Notes: a model not told the origin generated them from the letters alone. Counted from the first letter of the stretch, positions 9,464 to 19,523 are shown. The stretch: 64,000 nt of DNA from an uncultured Spirochaetota bacterium (GCA_963781885.1 CAWAHW010000007.1:256001-320000); one strand, 5' to 3'. Program-made: numbers and translations.

Positions 9464-11428
9464 ATGAGCATGCAGACTCCTTTCGTTCGCCTGCCGGCCG
9501 GTGTCGGCGCGCGAGGCGCCGGTTTCGAGATAAAGGAAGAGGCGGGCATACCGTTTCTTGTGGAGAACGGCCTGCCGTTCCAGACCTTTTTCGACGCAGA
9601 CAATCGGGAAAGGGTGGGCCTCAATGGCACGTGGCGATTCCGGGAGGACCCGCGCGACAGAGGCCTGCGCGATGGCTGGCAGGACGGCCGCATGCGGGGA
9701 GAAGCGGAGCCTGTGGAGGTTCCCTCTGTCTTCAATGCCGCGGCAAGCGGAAGGACGACATATCTCGGCCCTGTCTGGTATGCGCGCGGATTCACCGTCG
9801 GAGGCCTGCCCCGCGACGGCCGTCTTCTTCTCCTGCGGTTCGACGGCGTTCTGATGCGCGCCGCCGTCTGGCTGAACGGGAAGCGCCTTGGCGGCCGCGA
9901 GGGTGGATACGGAAGCTTCGCGCTGGATACGGCGGGGACGCTGAACCTGTCGGGAGAGAACGTCCTGGTCGTGCGAGTGGACAACCGGCTCACCCCCTTC
10001 TCGCTTCCTCCCCTGACGTGGAAGCATCATCGCGCCGGCTGGCACACCTATGGCGGGATCTATCGTGACATTGCTCTTGAATCGCTGCGGCTGCCGTACG
10101 TGTTCAAGGTCGAATGCACCGCCGCCCCGCAGGTTTCTGGCGCTGCCTCGATGCGGGTACGGGTGCTCACGCATGCCGCTGGATCGACGGCCGGCTTCGA
10201 CGTGGCCTGCACGCTCTCCGGCCCCGATGGAGAGCCCGTCGGCCGCGCCACCGCGTCCACGTCAGCGGGGAAAGACATCGACGCCTTCACATTCGATTTT
10301 GCCGTGCCCCATCCCCGTCTCTACGCTCCATCCGATCCCGCGCTCTACAAAGTGGTCGTGTCCGCCGGCAAAGGCGGTGAGCGCGACGAGGTGCAGGTGC
10401 TCACGGGCATTCGCAGCATCCGCGTGCAGGGGGAGACGCTGCTCCTGAACGACGAATCCCTCTTCCTGAAGGGCATCTGCAAGCACGAAGACGACCCCAT
10501 TCTGGGTGCCACGCAGACGCCGGCGAGCATCTCGCGTGACCTCGACCTGATCGCCGCGCTCGGCGCGAACTACATCCGCATGACCCACTATGCCCACGCG
10601 GCGAAGGAGGTCGCCGCCGCACGGGACCGCGGTCTTCTCATGAGCGAGGAAATCGCAAACTACAAGACCGGCGCGGGCTTTGTGGAGTGGTTCTCGGAGA
10701 AGGGGAGGCTGCGGCAGATTCCTTTGCGCTGGCTGGGGAAGCGCCAGACCATGGCGCGCCGCTTCCTCTTGAACGCGCAGAAGGAGCTCGCGGAGCTGAT
10801 CGAACGGGACCGCAACAACCCCGCGGTGATCCTCTGGTACGTGGGCAATGAAACCTGGGACCTCTTTCACTCGGGAGCGCGGGCATGCGCCTGGCTTCGC
10901 GACGTGGCGCGTGCCTTGGACCCAAACCGACCCGTCAGCATGGCGGAGCTCACCTACAACAGGCCGGCATTCGATCGCCGCCGCCAGGGATCGGCGTTCA
11001 TGGACGTCGTTTCAGTCAACCTCTACTCCGGCTGGTACTACGGCAGCATGGAAGATGCGGCCGGACACCTGGATAGGCTGCACGCTGCCTTCCCCGGTCG
11101 GCCCCTGATCGTTTCGGAGTTCGGCGCGGATGCCGCCCCCGGCCGCCACGACGAGGACGGGGAATGGCGGGGCGACAAGGTGCCGGCAGGAAGGACGTAC
11201 TCGGAGGACTACCAGGCCCGGTTGCTGGAAAGCTACGCGGAAATCATTCGTCGGCGTCCGTATATCGTCGGCATGGCGCCATGGGTCTTTTCCGATTTCT
11301 ACTGCCCGGAGTTTCCCGCGAATCCGGTGCCTTTCTTCAACCTGAAAGGGATCGTGAGCGGCGACCGCACGCCCAAGCAAGGCTACGAAAGCCTGCGCCG
11401 CATCTACCGGAGCGCGGAGGGGAAATGA
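9464..11428 (+). CDS. glycoside hydrolase family 2, likely beta-glucuronidase
   Basis: YGGIYR, GICKHED, acid/base WYVGNE, NLYSGWYYG, nucleophile VSEFG, and the GUS-type NxKG motif (NLKG). Confidence 0.85.
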   Translation: MSMQTPFVRLPAGVGARGAGFEIKEEAGIPFLVENGLPFQTFFDADNRERVGLNGTWRFREDPRDRGLRDGWQDGRMRGEAEPVEVPSVFNAAASGRTTYLGPVWYARGFTVGGLPRDGRLLLLRFDGVLMRAAVWLNGKRLGGREGGYGSFALDTAGTLNLSGENVLVVRVDNRLTPFSLPPLTWKHHRAGWHTYGGIYRDIALESLRLPYVFKVECTAAPQVSGAASMRVRVLTHAAGSTAGFDVACTLSGPDGEPVGRATASTSAGKDIDAFTFDFAVPHPRLYAPSDPALYKVVVSAGKGGERDEVQVLTGIRSIRVQGETLLLNDESLFLKGICKHEDDPILGATQTPASISRDLDLIAALGANYIRMTHYAHAAKEVAAARDRGLLMSEEIANYKTGAGFVEWFSEKGRLRQIPLRWLGKRQTMARRFLLNAQKELAELIERDRNNPAVILWYVGNETWDLFHSGARACAWLRDVARALDPNRPVSMAELTYNRPAFDRRRQGSAFMDVVSVNLYSGWYYGSMEDAAGHLDRLHAAFPGRPLIVSEFGADAAPGRHDEDGEWRGDKVPAGRTYSEDYQARLLESYAEIIRRRPYIVGMAPWVFSDFYCPEFPANPVPFFNLKGIVSGDRTPKQGYESLRRIYRSAEGK

Positions 11429-12420
11429 AGCAATTCGATTTTTCCCGGTTTCACGAAGAGCTGTACCCTGCCTGGGAGCGTCAGTTCCAGAGGGACGGCG
11501 GCATCGGGGAGTTCGGGTTCCTTCCCGGCGCGCCGACCTGCTCGTATGGCACGACCGACACTCTCATCAGTCGCTATACCATGAATACTCTGGACCTTGC
11601 GGAGGCGGACCGGGATGCGTGGGCGAGCGTGATCAACAGGTTCCAGGACGAGCAGGGCTGGTATACAAAGACGCACACGCGCCATCACCGGGAGCACACC
11701 ACGGCCTACGCGGTGGCAGCCCTCACGCTGCTGGGACGGCGTCCCGCGCGGCCGCTCGCATGGGCGGCGCCGCTGATCAAGGATCAACAGTCAATGGAAC
11801 GCTGGCTGGCCGGCGTTCACTGGTCCATCATCTGGCCCGGCTCCCACATCGTTTCGGGCGTGCCCGCCGCACTCGCCATGACGGGCGAGGGGACCGATGA
11901 GTTCTTTTCCTGGTACTTTGACTGGCTGGATCGGGAGGCCGATCCGCGCTCGGGATTCTGGTGCCGCGGTCTTGTGCATCGCCTGGCCATGATCCCCCGC
12001 CCCACGAAGCACGAGATGGGCGGCGCCTTCCACATGTACTACGTCTATGAATACATGAAGCGGAAATGGCGGTATCCCGAGCGGATCGTGGACGAGGCGC
12101 TTCGCCTCCAGCACGCAAATGGCCTGTGGGACGGGGAGGTCACATACTGCATCGACTTGGACGGGCTGTACTGCTGCACGCGCTCCAGCAGGAATGCCGG
12201 CGGCTACCGCAAGGACGACATTGCCGCCTCCTGCGCGCGGTATCTGGAAACGGCGGAGCGCACGCTGAATGACCGCGATTTCCTGTTCGCGCATTATCGC
12301 AATACGCATCGACTCACCGGCGCGCTCTCCGCCATCGCCGAGTGCGCGCTTTTTTTCCCCGAGATGGTGCGGACGCCCCGACCCTGGCGGCAGTCTCTCG
12401 ACGTCGCCTGCTACATCTGA
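11425..12420 (+). CDS. uncharacterised protein, probable alpha/alpha toroid (prenyltransferase/squalene-cyclase-like repeats)
   Basis: ATGA overlap with GH2. QW-like repeats FQDEQGWY, EADPRSGFW and LQHANGLW; rich in His and Trp. Confidence 0.7.
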   Translation: MKQFDFSRFHEELYPAWERQFQRDGGIGEFGFLPGAPTCSYGTTDTLISRYTMNTLDLAEADRDAWASVINRFQDEQGWYTKTHTRHHREHTTAYAVAALTLLGRRPARPLAWAAPLIKDQQSMERWLAGVHWSIIWPGSHIVSGVPAALAMTGEGTDEFFSWYFDWLDREADPRSGFWCRGLVHRLAMIPRPTKHEMGGAFHMYYVYEYMKRKWRYPERIVDEALRLQHANGLWDGEVTYCIDLDGLYCCTRSSRNAGGYRKDDIAASCARYLETAERTLNDRDFLFAHYRNTHRLTGALSAIAECALFFPEMVRTPRPWRQSLDVACYI

Positions 12421-12434
12421 ACGGAGGACAGACG

Positions 12435-13787
12435 ATGGACGGCAAGAAAGCTTTGAGTGTTTCGGCCAAGCTCGGGTACGGGGTCGGCGATTTCGGCACA
12501 AACATCGTGCTGAACGCGACGACCCTCTACCTGCTGTATTTCTACACCGACGTGTTCGGCATATCGGCGGCCTTTGCCGGGATCATCTTCCTGGTGTCGA
12601 AGCTATGGAACGCGTGCATCGATCCATTCGTGGGCCAGCTTGTCGACCGCACCCGTTCCCGCTGGGGCCGCAAGCGGCCCTATCTCCTGTTCGGCGCGGT
12701 GCCTTTTGCCGCGGCGTTCTTCCTGCTCTTTGCCGGTCCCCATCTCGACCCGACCGGCCGCGCCATCTATGCCATGGCGAGCTTCCTCCTTTTCGGCACC
12801 GCGCTGGCCTTCGTGAACATTCCCTATTCGTCGCTCACGTACGTCATGACCGATGACGCCCACGAGCGCTCGTCCCTGTCGGGGTACCGCATGACCTTCG
12901 CAATAATCGGCACGCTGATCGCCGGGGTCGCCGTCCGCCCCGTGGCCGGTCTTTTCAAGACCGAAGCGGCCGGCTTTCGCGTGGTCGGGGTCGTCTTCGG
13001 GCTCGTGCTCGCGGCGGCGACTTTCATCGCGTTCCGATCGTCCTTCGAGGGGAAGCAGGAGTCACGGGAAAAGCGTGTCAGTTTCCTCCAGAACCTGAAG
13101 TCCCTCGGGTCAAACGGGCCCTTCCTCCTCCTGGGTCTCGCCTTTGTCGCGTGCACCGTCTCCAACTACGTCATCGCATCGACCATCAATTACTACTTCA
13201 AGTACGTCCTGGCCGCGGAAGGAATGACCTCCATCGGGTTCCTCAGCCTTTTCGCCGCCGCGATTGCCGCGGTGCCGCTGTGGCTGGCTGTCTCGCGCCG
13301 GTTCGGAAAGAAGACGGCATTCCTGGCCGGGATGATCCTGCTCGCCGCGGCGCTGGGCGTCTTCTCCTTCCTTCCGGCACCTACGACCGTGCTCGTCCTT
13401 CTGCTGCTGGTGCTCGCCGGCGTCGGCGTTTCCACGATTTATCTTTTTCCCTGGGCCATGATCCCCGACACGGTGGAGTATTCTCTCTGGCGCAGCGGCG
13501 TACGGCAGGAGGGTTTCCTCTACGGATTTTTCACATTCGGCTTGAAGCTTTCGCAGGCATTCGCCGGATTCCTTGCGGGCTTTCTCCTCGATGCGTTCGG
13601 CTACAGCCCGAATGCCGCGCAGACACCCCGTTCCCTCCATGGCATCTCGCTCCTCATGACGCGCGTCCCGCTGGCTTTCCTGGTCGTCGGGATCGTCCTT
13701 CTCTTCTTCTACCCGCTGGGTGCAAGGACGTATGCGCGGATGGAGACCGAGATGAAGGCTCGCCGCGAAAGCGAGCCCGCGCGCTGA
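12435..13787 (+). CDS. glycoside-pentoside-hexuronide (GPH) cation symporter
   Basis: KLGYGVGDFG, DRTRSRWGRKRPY, NIPYSSL and many TM helices; GGAGG SD. Confidence 0.9.
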   Translation: MDGKKALSVSAKLGYGVGDFGTNIVLNATTLYLLYFYTDVFGISAAFAGIIFLVSKLWNACIDPFVGQLVDRTRSRWGRKRPYLLFGAVPFAAAFFLLFAGPHLDPTGRAIYAMASFLLFGTALAFVNIPYSSLTYVMTDDAHERSSLSGYRMTFAIIGTLIAGVAVRPVAGLFKTEAAGFRVVGVVFGLVLAAATFIAFRSSFEGKQESREKRVSFLQNLKSLGSNGPFLLLGLAFVACTVSNYVIASTINYYFKYVLAAEGMTSIGFLSLFAAAIAAVPLWLAVSRRFGKKTAFLAGMILLAAALGVFSFLPAPTTVLVLLLLVLAGVGVSTIYLFPWAMIPDTVEYSLWRSGVRQEGFLYGFFTFGLKLSQAFAGFLAGFLLDAFGYSPNAAQTPRSLHGISLLMTRVPLAFLVVGIVLLFFYPLGARTYARMETEMKARRESEPAR

Positions 13788-13809
13788 GGGCGTCACCAGG
13801 AGCGCGGTA

Positions 13810-13836
13810 TTAACGAAGAATTCATCCCCTCTTAAC
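13810..13836 (+). promoter_or_regulatory. Pho-box-like 11-bp-period repeats upstream of the STAS gene
   Basis: TTAAC (13810), TTCAT (13821) and TTAAC (13832). Confidence 0.5.
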
Positions 13837-13901
13837 AGAACCGCCGTTTCGCGGTGGTATCTCTTTTCCCGTCCGCCGGCGTTACAGAAGAGGAGGGAAG
13901 C

Positions 13902-14312
13902 ATGGAAATCAAATGCCGCGACGTCGAAAGCGCCTGCATCTTCGAGGTGACAGGCGATGTGGATGCGTACAATGCGCACGAGATCAAGGACAGCGTCTCC
14001 GCGGCGGTCGACAGGGGAATGACCGCGCACGTGATCAACATGAAAAAGACGACACGACTCGATTCCTCCGGCATCGGGACCCTGATTTCCCTCAGCGCGG
14101 CGCTCGCCCGCAAAGGGCTCGCTTTTTTCATCGTGAACGTCCCCGCGCACATCATGCAGGTGCTCGAGCTTACCCGGACGCGCGGCATCATCCCCACGAC
14201 GAGCACCGTGCTGGCGGCTTTTCATGCCATCGGGATGATTCCGGGAGCGGCACCGGCGCAAACACGCCAGGATACGAAGGATGGGGCGCGGGACTTGTCT
14301 CTCGCCTCATGA
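13902..14312 (+). CDS. STAS domain anti-sigma-factor antagonist
   Basis: GDVDAYNA and the LDSSGIG phospho-Ser motif; strong GAGGAGG SD. Confidence 0.85.
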   Translation: MEIKCRDVESACIFEVTGDVDAYNAHEIKDSVSAAVDRGMTAHVINMKKTTRLDSSGIGTLISLSAALARKGLAFFIVNVPAHIMQVLELTRTRGIIPTTSTVLAAFHAIGMIPGAAPAQTRQDTKDGARDLSLAS

Positions 14313-14400
14313 CCGGTGCCCCGCCCGCCGCGGGAGGATGCCTGCATTCATTTGCATTCCGGCACCCTTCGGATAGAATCGATATGCGGAGGCAAAAAGT

Positions 14401-14595
14401 ATGGCACGGATGAAGGGCGTCCCGGGGCAGGCTTTCGATATCAGCAGCATTTGGATTTCGGACGAAGGACGATTCGAGTTCATCCTGAGCGACGATCAAA
14501 GCATCGTGCGGACCGGGCCGACGATCGCTGACGCAGAGGCGTTTGCCGCCCTGATCCACCAGGTCATCGAGGACCACAGAAAAAGCAAGACATAG
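14401..14595 (+). CDS. small hypothetical protein (64 aa)
   Basis: Preceded by a TTGCAT-N16-TAGAAT promoter-like sequence and a GGAGG SD; protein-like composition. Confidence 0.55.
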   Translation: MARMKGVPGQAFDISSIWISDEGRFEFILSDDQSIVRTGPTIADAEAFAALIHQVIEDHRKSKT

Positions 14596-14651
14596 AACGA
14601 CAGGCCTGCGGTGCGAAGGGCATGGCGATATGACGACCAAGGGGGGCACGG

Positions 14652-15158
14652 ATGCCAGTTTTTGTCGGCTATGCGACGCGAAACGGCTCGACGCGGGAAG
14701 TCGCCGAAGCGATAGCGGCGACGTTGCGTGAGAACGGGCTTGAAGTCGATCTTGGACCGGTCCGGGAGGCGCGTTCCCTCGGAAGCTACCGGCTGGTCGT
14801 CCTGGGCGCGGCGCTGTACATGTTCCATTTGCACCGGGACGCGCTGGCATTTCTTGCGCGGCACCGTGAAGTCCTGGCGCAGAAATCCGTGGCGGTATTC
14901 GCGCTGGGCCCCTTCAACGACGAGGAAAAGGAGTGGCAGACCGTGCGCGGTCAGCTGGAGACGGAGCTCGCGAAGTTTCCCTGGCTTACGCCGGTCGCCC
15001 ACGAGGTGTTTGGCGGCAAATTCGACCCGGCGAAGCTCCGCTTCCCGATGAATCTCATCCCTGCCATGAAGAAATTGCCGGCGAGCGATATCCGCGACTG
15101 GACTGCCATCCGCAAATGGGCATCTGACCTGGCCGGGAAGCTGCGCGCGGACAATTGA
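14652..15158 (+). CDS. flavodoxin domain protein (HemG/Flavodoxin_5-like)
   Basis: YATRNGSTREVAEAIA FMN loop, VVLGAALY, FGGK and D-x-RDWxAIxxW. Confidence 0.85.
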   Translation: MPVFVGYATRNGSTREVAEAIAATLRENGLEVDLGPVREARSLGSYRLVVLGAALYMFHLHRDALAFLARHREVLAQKSVAVFALGPFNDEEKEWQTVRGQLETELAKFPWLTPVAHEVFGGKFDPAKLRFPMNLIPAMKKLPASDIRDWTAIRKWASDLAGKLRADN

Positions 15159-15187
15159 CCGAGGCTGCGGAATGGGCCGAGGGTGCG

Positions 15188-16156
15188 CTATCCCGGTGGG
15201 TAGGCCCCTTCGCGCTTCCAGACGTCCATCATCAGCTCGTAGCGGGAAAGCGACATGCCCGTGTAGACGCAGTTGCTGGTGGAAAAGACGTAGCCGCCGC
15301 CCGGCATGCCGTTCCGCAGGGCGTCGCGGCAGGATTCCACGACCTGCTCGTCAGTCCCCGTCTGCAGCAGCCCGCAGTTGACGTTGCCGATCAGGCACAC
15401 ACGCTTCCCGTACTTTCGCTTCACCTCCGCAATATTCACGCCGGCCTGCGGATCCAGCGAGTGCAGGGCATCGGGCCGGCAGTCCACGATCTGGTCGACG
15501 ATCGGCATGATGTTGCCGTCCGTGTGCTTGATGGTGTAGTAGCCCATGGATCGATAGCCCGCGATGAGCCGGGCAAGGTGGGGGGTGACGAACTCCGCGA
15601 ACTGGGAAGGGCTCAGGAAGGGTCCCGTGTTCAGGCAGTAGTCCGTGCAGAGGGCAAGACCGTCAAAGATGCCCTTGCCGGCAAGACGCGCGAAGCGTTC
15701 CAGGCCGCGGGAGACCATCAGGGTGCACTCCCGCTGCACCCCCTGAGGGTCGTCGGCAAGCCGGAAGGAGAATTCCTCCATGTCGCTGCCATCCGGCATG
15801 CCCAGCGTGGCATCCGCGTGGCACATGAGGAAGTACCGCGTCCCGGTCTGCTCCCGGATGTACTCCGCCGTGCGCAGCTCTGAGTCGGGCATCCCGGGGA
15901 CCTCGTGCACGAAGATGGCGCAGTGATCGAAGCGCCGCGCCGTCTCGATGTACGAATCGCCCGCGTCGGCGACCTGCCGGCGCTTCTCTTTCCCGCTCAT
16001 CTGGTCCCACTGGGAGAGCGAGCGGTGCGATGGATGCACTTTGCCAAGCAGCTCCATCGTGAGGAAAAAGACGAGCTCGAAAGTGGGAACGTGCCCCGGG
16101 GCCTGCTTCCCTTCCAGGGCGGTGATGAACTTCTGGCGGGGCGTGAGGGTGTCCAT
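15188..16156 (-). CDS. uroporphyrinogen decarboxylase/MtaA-CmuA fold protein
   Basis: Motifs FLSPSQFAEFVTP, IKHTDGNI, HSLDPQAG, LIGNVNC and GGGYVFSTSNC. Confidence 0.85.
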   Translation of the reverse strand: MDTLTPRQKFITALEGKQAPGHVPTFELVFFLTMELLGKVHPSHRSLSQWDQMSGKEKRRQVADAGDSYIETARRFDHCAIFVHEVPGMPDSELRTAEYIREQTGTRYFLMCHADATLGMPDGSDMEEFSFRLADDPQGVQRECTLMVSRGLERFARLAGKGIFDGLALCTDYCLNTGPFLSPSQFAEFVTPHLARLIAGYRSMGYYTIKHTDGNIMPIVDQIVDCRPDALHSLDPQAGVNIAEVKRKYGKRVCLIGNVNCGLLQTGTDEQVVESCRDALRNGMPGGGYVFSTSNCVYTGMSLSRYELMMDVWKREGAYPPG

Positions 16157-16162
16157 GAGGCC

Positions 16163-17061
16163 CTATCCCTTGATTGCGCCCGATACCAGACCGCGCACGA
16201 AATAGCGCTGGAGGCAGAAGAAGACGATGAGCGGAACGCTCATGGTGATGAAAGCCGCGGCGCTCAGGACGTCCCACTGCAGCATGGTGTTCAGCGCCAG
16301 CATCTTGCTGATGCCGACCGTCAGGGGCTGGCGGCTCGCGTTCTGCATGAAGACAAGGGACACCAGCAGATCGTTCCACACCCAGAGGAACTGGAATATC
16401 GTATAGGAGGCAATGATCGGCAGGGAAAGCGGCGTCACGATGTTGAAGGAGATCGAGACCTCCGACGCGCCGTCCATGCGCGCGGCCTCTATCAGCTCAC
16501 GCGGAAGAGAGGCGAAGGAGTTGCGGAACATGAAGACCGCCAGGGGAAGGGCGAATGCCGAATGGATGAGCCATATGCCCGGAAACGAACCCACGAGCTT
16601 CACGGCGTTGAGCATCCGGAGCACGGGAACGAACGCCATCTGCTGGGGCACGATGAGCAGGGCCACGATCACCAGGAAGAGCCAGCCGCTGCCCCGGAAC
16701 CTGATCCAGGCGAACCCATAGGCGGCAAGCACGGCAAACAGGACGGGGATGATTGTTGAAGGAATGGTGATGATGAAGCTGTTGATGAGATTCACCGCCA
16801 GACTGCCCACCGTGCCGTGGGAGGTGAGGACGCGCGCGTAATTCGCCAGGGAGAACCGCAGCTGGACGAACGCGAGCCACCAGCCCCCGGAGTAGATGTC
16901 ATTGCTCGGCCGGAAAACGTCACCAGGAGCCCCACGGCGGGAACCAGCCAGACCACCGACAGCAGGAAAAGCACGATGTGCAGCGGCGCTTTCCGCAGCC
17001 AGCGAAGACCGGCCCTTCGATGTGTCTTGCGCAAGACGGCTTCGGGCATTGTCGTGCTCAT
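16163..17061 (-). CDS. carbohydrate ABC transporter permease (apparent frameshift near 16915)
   Basis: EAARMDGA and FQFLWVWNDLL. Adding one base near 16915 joins MSTTMPE.. to RPSNDIYSGGWW.. Confidence 0.85.
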
Positions 17062-17973
17062 CTCAGGGTGTCCTCTTGCCGGAAACGTCGTATGTTGAAG
17101 ACGATCAACGGGAGGATGAGCAGCAGCATGATGACGGCGATTGCGCTGCCGTATCCGATGCGGGCGCTCTGGAAGACCTCGATGTACTGCGTGAAGGCGA
17201 TGACGCGCGCCGAGCCTGCCGGCCCGCCCGTTCGCCCTCCCATGATGAAGATCAGGTCGTAGACCTTGATGACGGCAATGATGTCGTTGATGATCAGGAA
17301 GGACAGGAGCGGGGCCAGGAGCGGCACCTGGATATTGCGGAAGATCCTCCAGCCGCCGGCGCCCTCTACGTGGGCCGCCTCGATGAGCTCATGCGGAATG
17401 GCTTTGAGGCCGGCGGAGAGCACGACGAGCGCAAAACCCGTGGACATCCAGACCGCGGCGCCGATGATGGCGATGTTCACCAGACGCACGTCGCCCGTCC
17501 ATGAGATCGGATGGAAGCCGGGAATGAGCGCGGCGAGCACGGCGTTGATCAGGCCGATCTTCGGATCGGGTGCGTACATGAAAGTCCAGATGACGCCCGC
17601 CGCCGTGTAGGAAATCGCCATGGGCATGAAGACGATCGACTTCACGATGGATTCGTAGCGCACCTTGTCGGCAAAGACGGAGATGAGGAGCCCAAAGCCG
17701 ATGGTGAGGGTGGGGAAAAGAATCAGCCAGACGCCATTGTTGACGAGAGAGCCCGACGGGGGAAACCTCGACAACTTCAGGAAGAAGGGATCCTGGGTCA
17801 GGAGACGGAGGTAGTTTCGAAATCCGACGAAGGTCCGGGGATTGTAGCCCATGCCTTCGAAGAAGCTGAGGCGGATCGTCACGAGCATGGGGTAGACCAC
17901 GAAGACTGCCATCAGGACGACAGACCGGCAGCACGAACAGCCAGCCGATGACATTGCGATTCGTTGTATGCAT
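17058..17973 (-). CDS. carbohydrate ABC transporter permease (apparent frameshift near 17925)
   Basis: EAAHVEGA, FMPMAIS and IKVYDLIF. The MHTTNRNVIGWLFVLP N-terminus lies in the adjacent frame. Confidence 0.85.
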
Positions 17974-18028
17974 TCGTTACCTCATGTGCGCGGCGATCAC
18001 AAGCGGCAATGGCCGGGGAGCCCCTCAT

Positions 18029-18060
18029 TGCAGCCCGGCCTGAAGAGGCGCCGGGCTGCA
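18029..18060 (-). terminator. intra-operon stem-loop downstream of the SBP gene
   Basis: tgcagcccggc / gccgggctgca 11-bp inverted repeat. Confidence 0.55.
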
Positions 18061-18082
18061 GAATAACGGGGATGCACCTTCC

Positions 18083-19363
18083 TTAGTAGACGGTCTTTGC
18101 AAAAGCTTCCAATTCGCCGGCGATGCGGTCCACATCGGCAGGGTGCGCAAGGAGGTCCTGAAGCTTCGTCATCTCGAAGTCCCCGCCGAAGGCCGAGGGG
18201 GCCATGTCGGAGCCGTCAAAGACGAAGGTTTTTGCCGCGGTGATCTGCTGCATCTGCTTGAGCGCCATGGGGCTGGAGTACGCGCCCGCGCTCACCAGCT
18301 TGTTGGGGATGACGCAGGCGGCCCCTGCCAGAATCTCCCCCGGTTCCTTTGTGGAGAGATAATGGATGAACGTCCGCGCTTCGGGGGAGTCGCGGAAGAG
18401 GCAGGCAAAGTCGGCGCCGCCGGTGACGGGGTCGCCGTACTTCGGATCGATCGAGGGGAAGGGGAAGAAGTCGATGGTGACCCCTTCCTTGAGGTTTGTG
18501 TTGACGTCCTGCATGGCGGTGGCTCCCGCGAAGCCGCCCTCGGAGACCATGAGGGACGATGGCGTGGTGCTGAACACCTTCCGGACGCTTTCTCCGTACT
18601 GGGTTGCCAGGGCCGCCGTGATGCCGCCATCCACGTAGCCGGGAGTGGCGAAGATGTGCGCCATGAGTGACAGCGCCTTCTTCACGACCGGGTCCGTCCA
18701 TGCCAGCTTGTGGCTGATGTGAAGGTTGTTGTAGTTGTCCGCTGTCGTCACGCGGATCAGGATGTTCTCGAACCAGTCGCTCAAGCACCAGCCTTCCCCT
18801 GAAATGGCGAAGGGCGCGACGCCGGCCGCGACCGCCTTGTCGGCGACAGCCATGAGCTGATCCCACGTCTTGGGGATGGAGAGCCCGAACTGCTTGAAGC
18901 GCACGGGATTGTAGAAGACGAGGCTCTTCGTGTCGGCCTTGAAGGGGAAGCCGTACTGGACGCCCCCCACCTTCGCGAGCGCCATCAGCGCCGCCGGGTA
19001 AATTGCTTCGAGCTCGCCTGCCTTGAACACGCCGGCGGAGCCGTCGAGCCGGGTCAGGTTTCCGCCCTGCACGAACTCACCGATGACGGCCGGTCGCGTC
19101 TGGAGTGCAACGTCCGGCGAGTTCCCGCCCGCGATGCGCGTGCGGATGAGCGCTTCCACGTCGTCCGATTTTTCATACGTGGTCTTGATTCCCGTCTCCG
19201 TGGTGAACTTCGCGCAAATCTCGGCAAGCTTGTCTCCACCTTCGCCGCCCCAGCCGGCGACGAATACGAGCTCCTTGCTCGCAGCCCCCGCCCCCCCGGC
19301 CGCCATGAAAAAAACGGCGGCCACAAGCAGGGCAAGAAAGATCCGATTCCTTTTCGTGGACAT
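18083..19363 (-). CDS. carbohydrate ABC substrate-binding protein (AglE/alpha-glucoside-like)
   Basis: Signal peptide, KSLVFYN, GWCLSDWFENI, FFPFP and FDGSDMAP. Confidence 0.88.
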   Translation of the reverse strand: MSTKRNRIFLALLVAAVFFMAAGGAGAASKELVFVAGWGGEGGDKLAEICAKFTTETGIKTTYEKSDDVEALIRTRIAGGNSPDVALQTRPAVIGEFVQGGNLTRLDGSAGVFKAGELEAIYPAALMALAKVGGVQYGFPFKADTKSLVFYNPVRFKQFGLSIPKTWDQLMAVADKAVAAGVAPFAISGEGWCLSDWFENILIRVTTADNYNNLHISHKLAWTDPVVKKALSLMAHIFATPGYVDGGITAALATQYGESVRKVFSTTPSSLMVSEGGFAGATAMQDVNTNLKEGVTIDFFPFPSIDPKYGDPVTGGADFACLFRDSPEARTFIHYLSTKEPGEILAGAACVIPNKLVSAGAYSSPMALKQMQQITAAKTFVFDGSDMAPSAFGGDFEMTKLQDLLAHPADVDRIAGELEAFAKTVY

Positions 19364-19523
19364 GATCCTTTCTCCTTTATTGGATTCCTTTGTTGGACTC
19401 TCGATTCCATGCATCGAGCCATATTCTGACTGACACGTGATGCTTGCTCTCACTCCTTTCCCGCCGTGCACCCCCTTTCGTTTCTGTTATTCCCTTGCAG
19501 CGGACATTCTGCTTTTCCTGTGC

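Noticed and set aside
14652-16156. HemG-like flavodoxin next to a HemE-like gene as a haem biosynthesis locus
   Set aside because: The genes are convergent, the UroD-fold protein lacks the HemE RQAGR motif and belongs to the sugar ABC operon, and no other hem genes are present.
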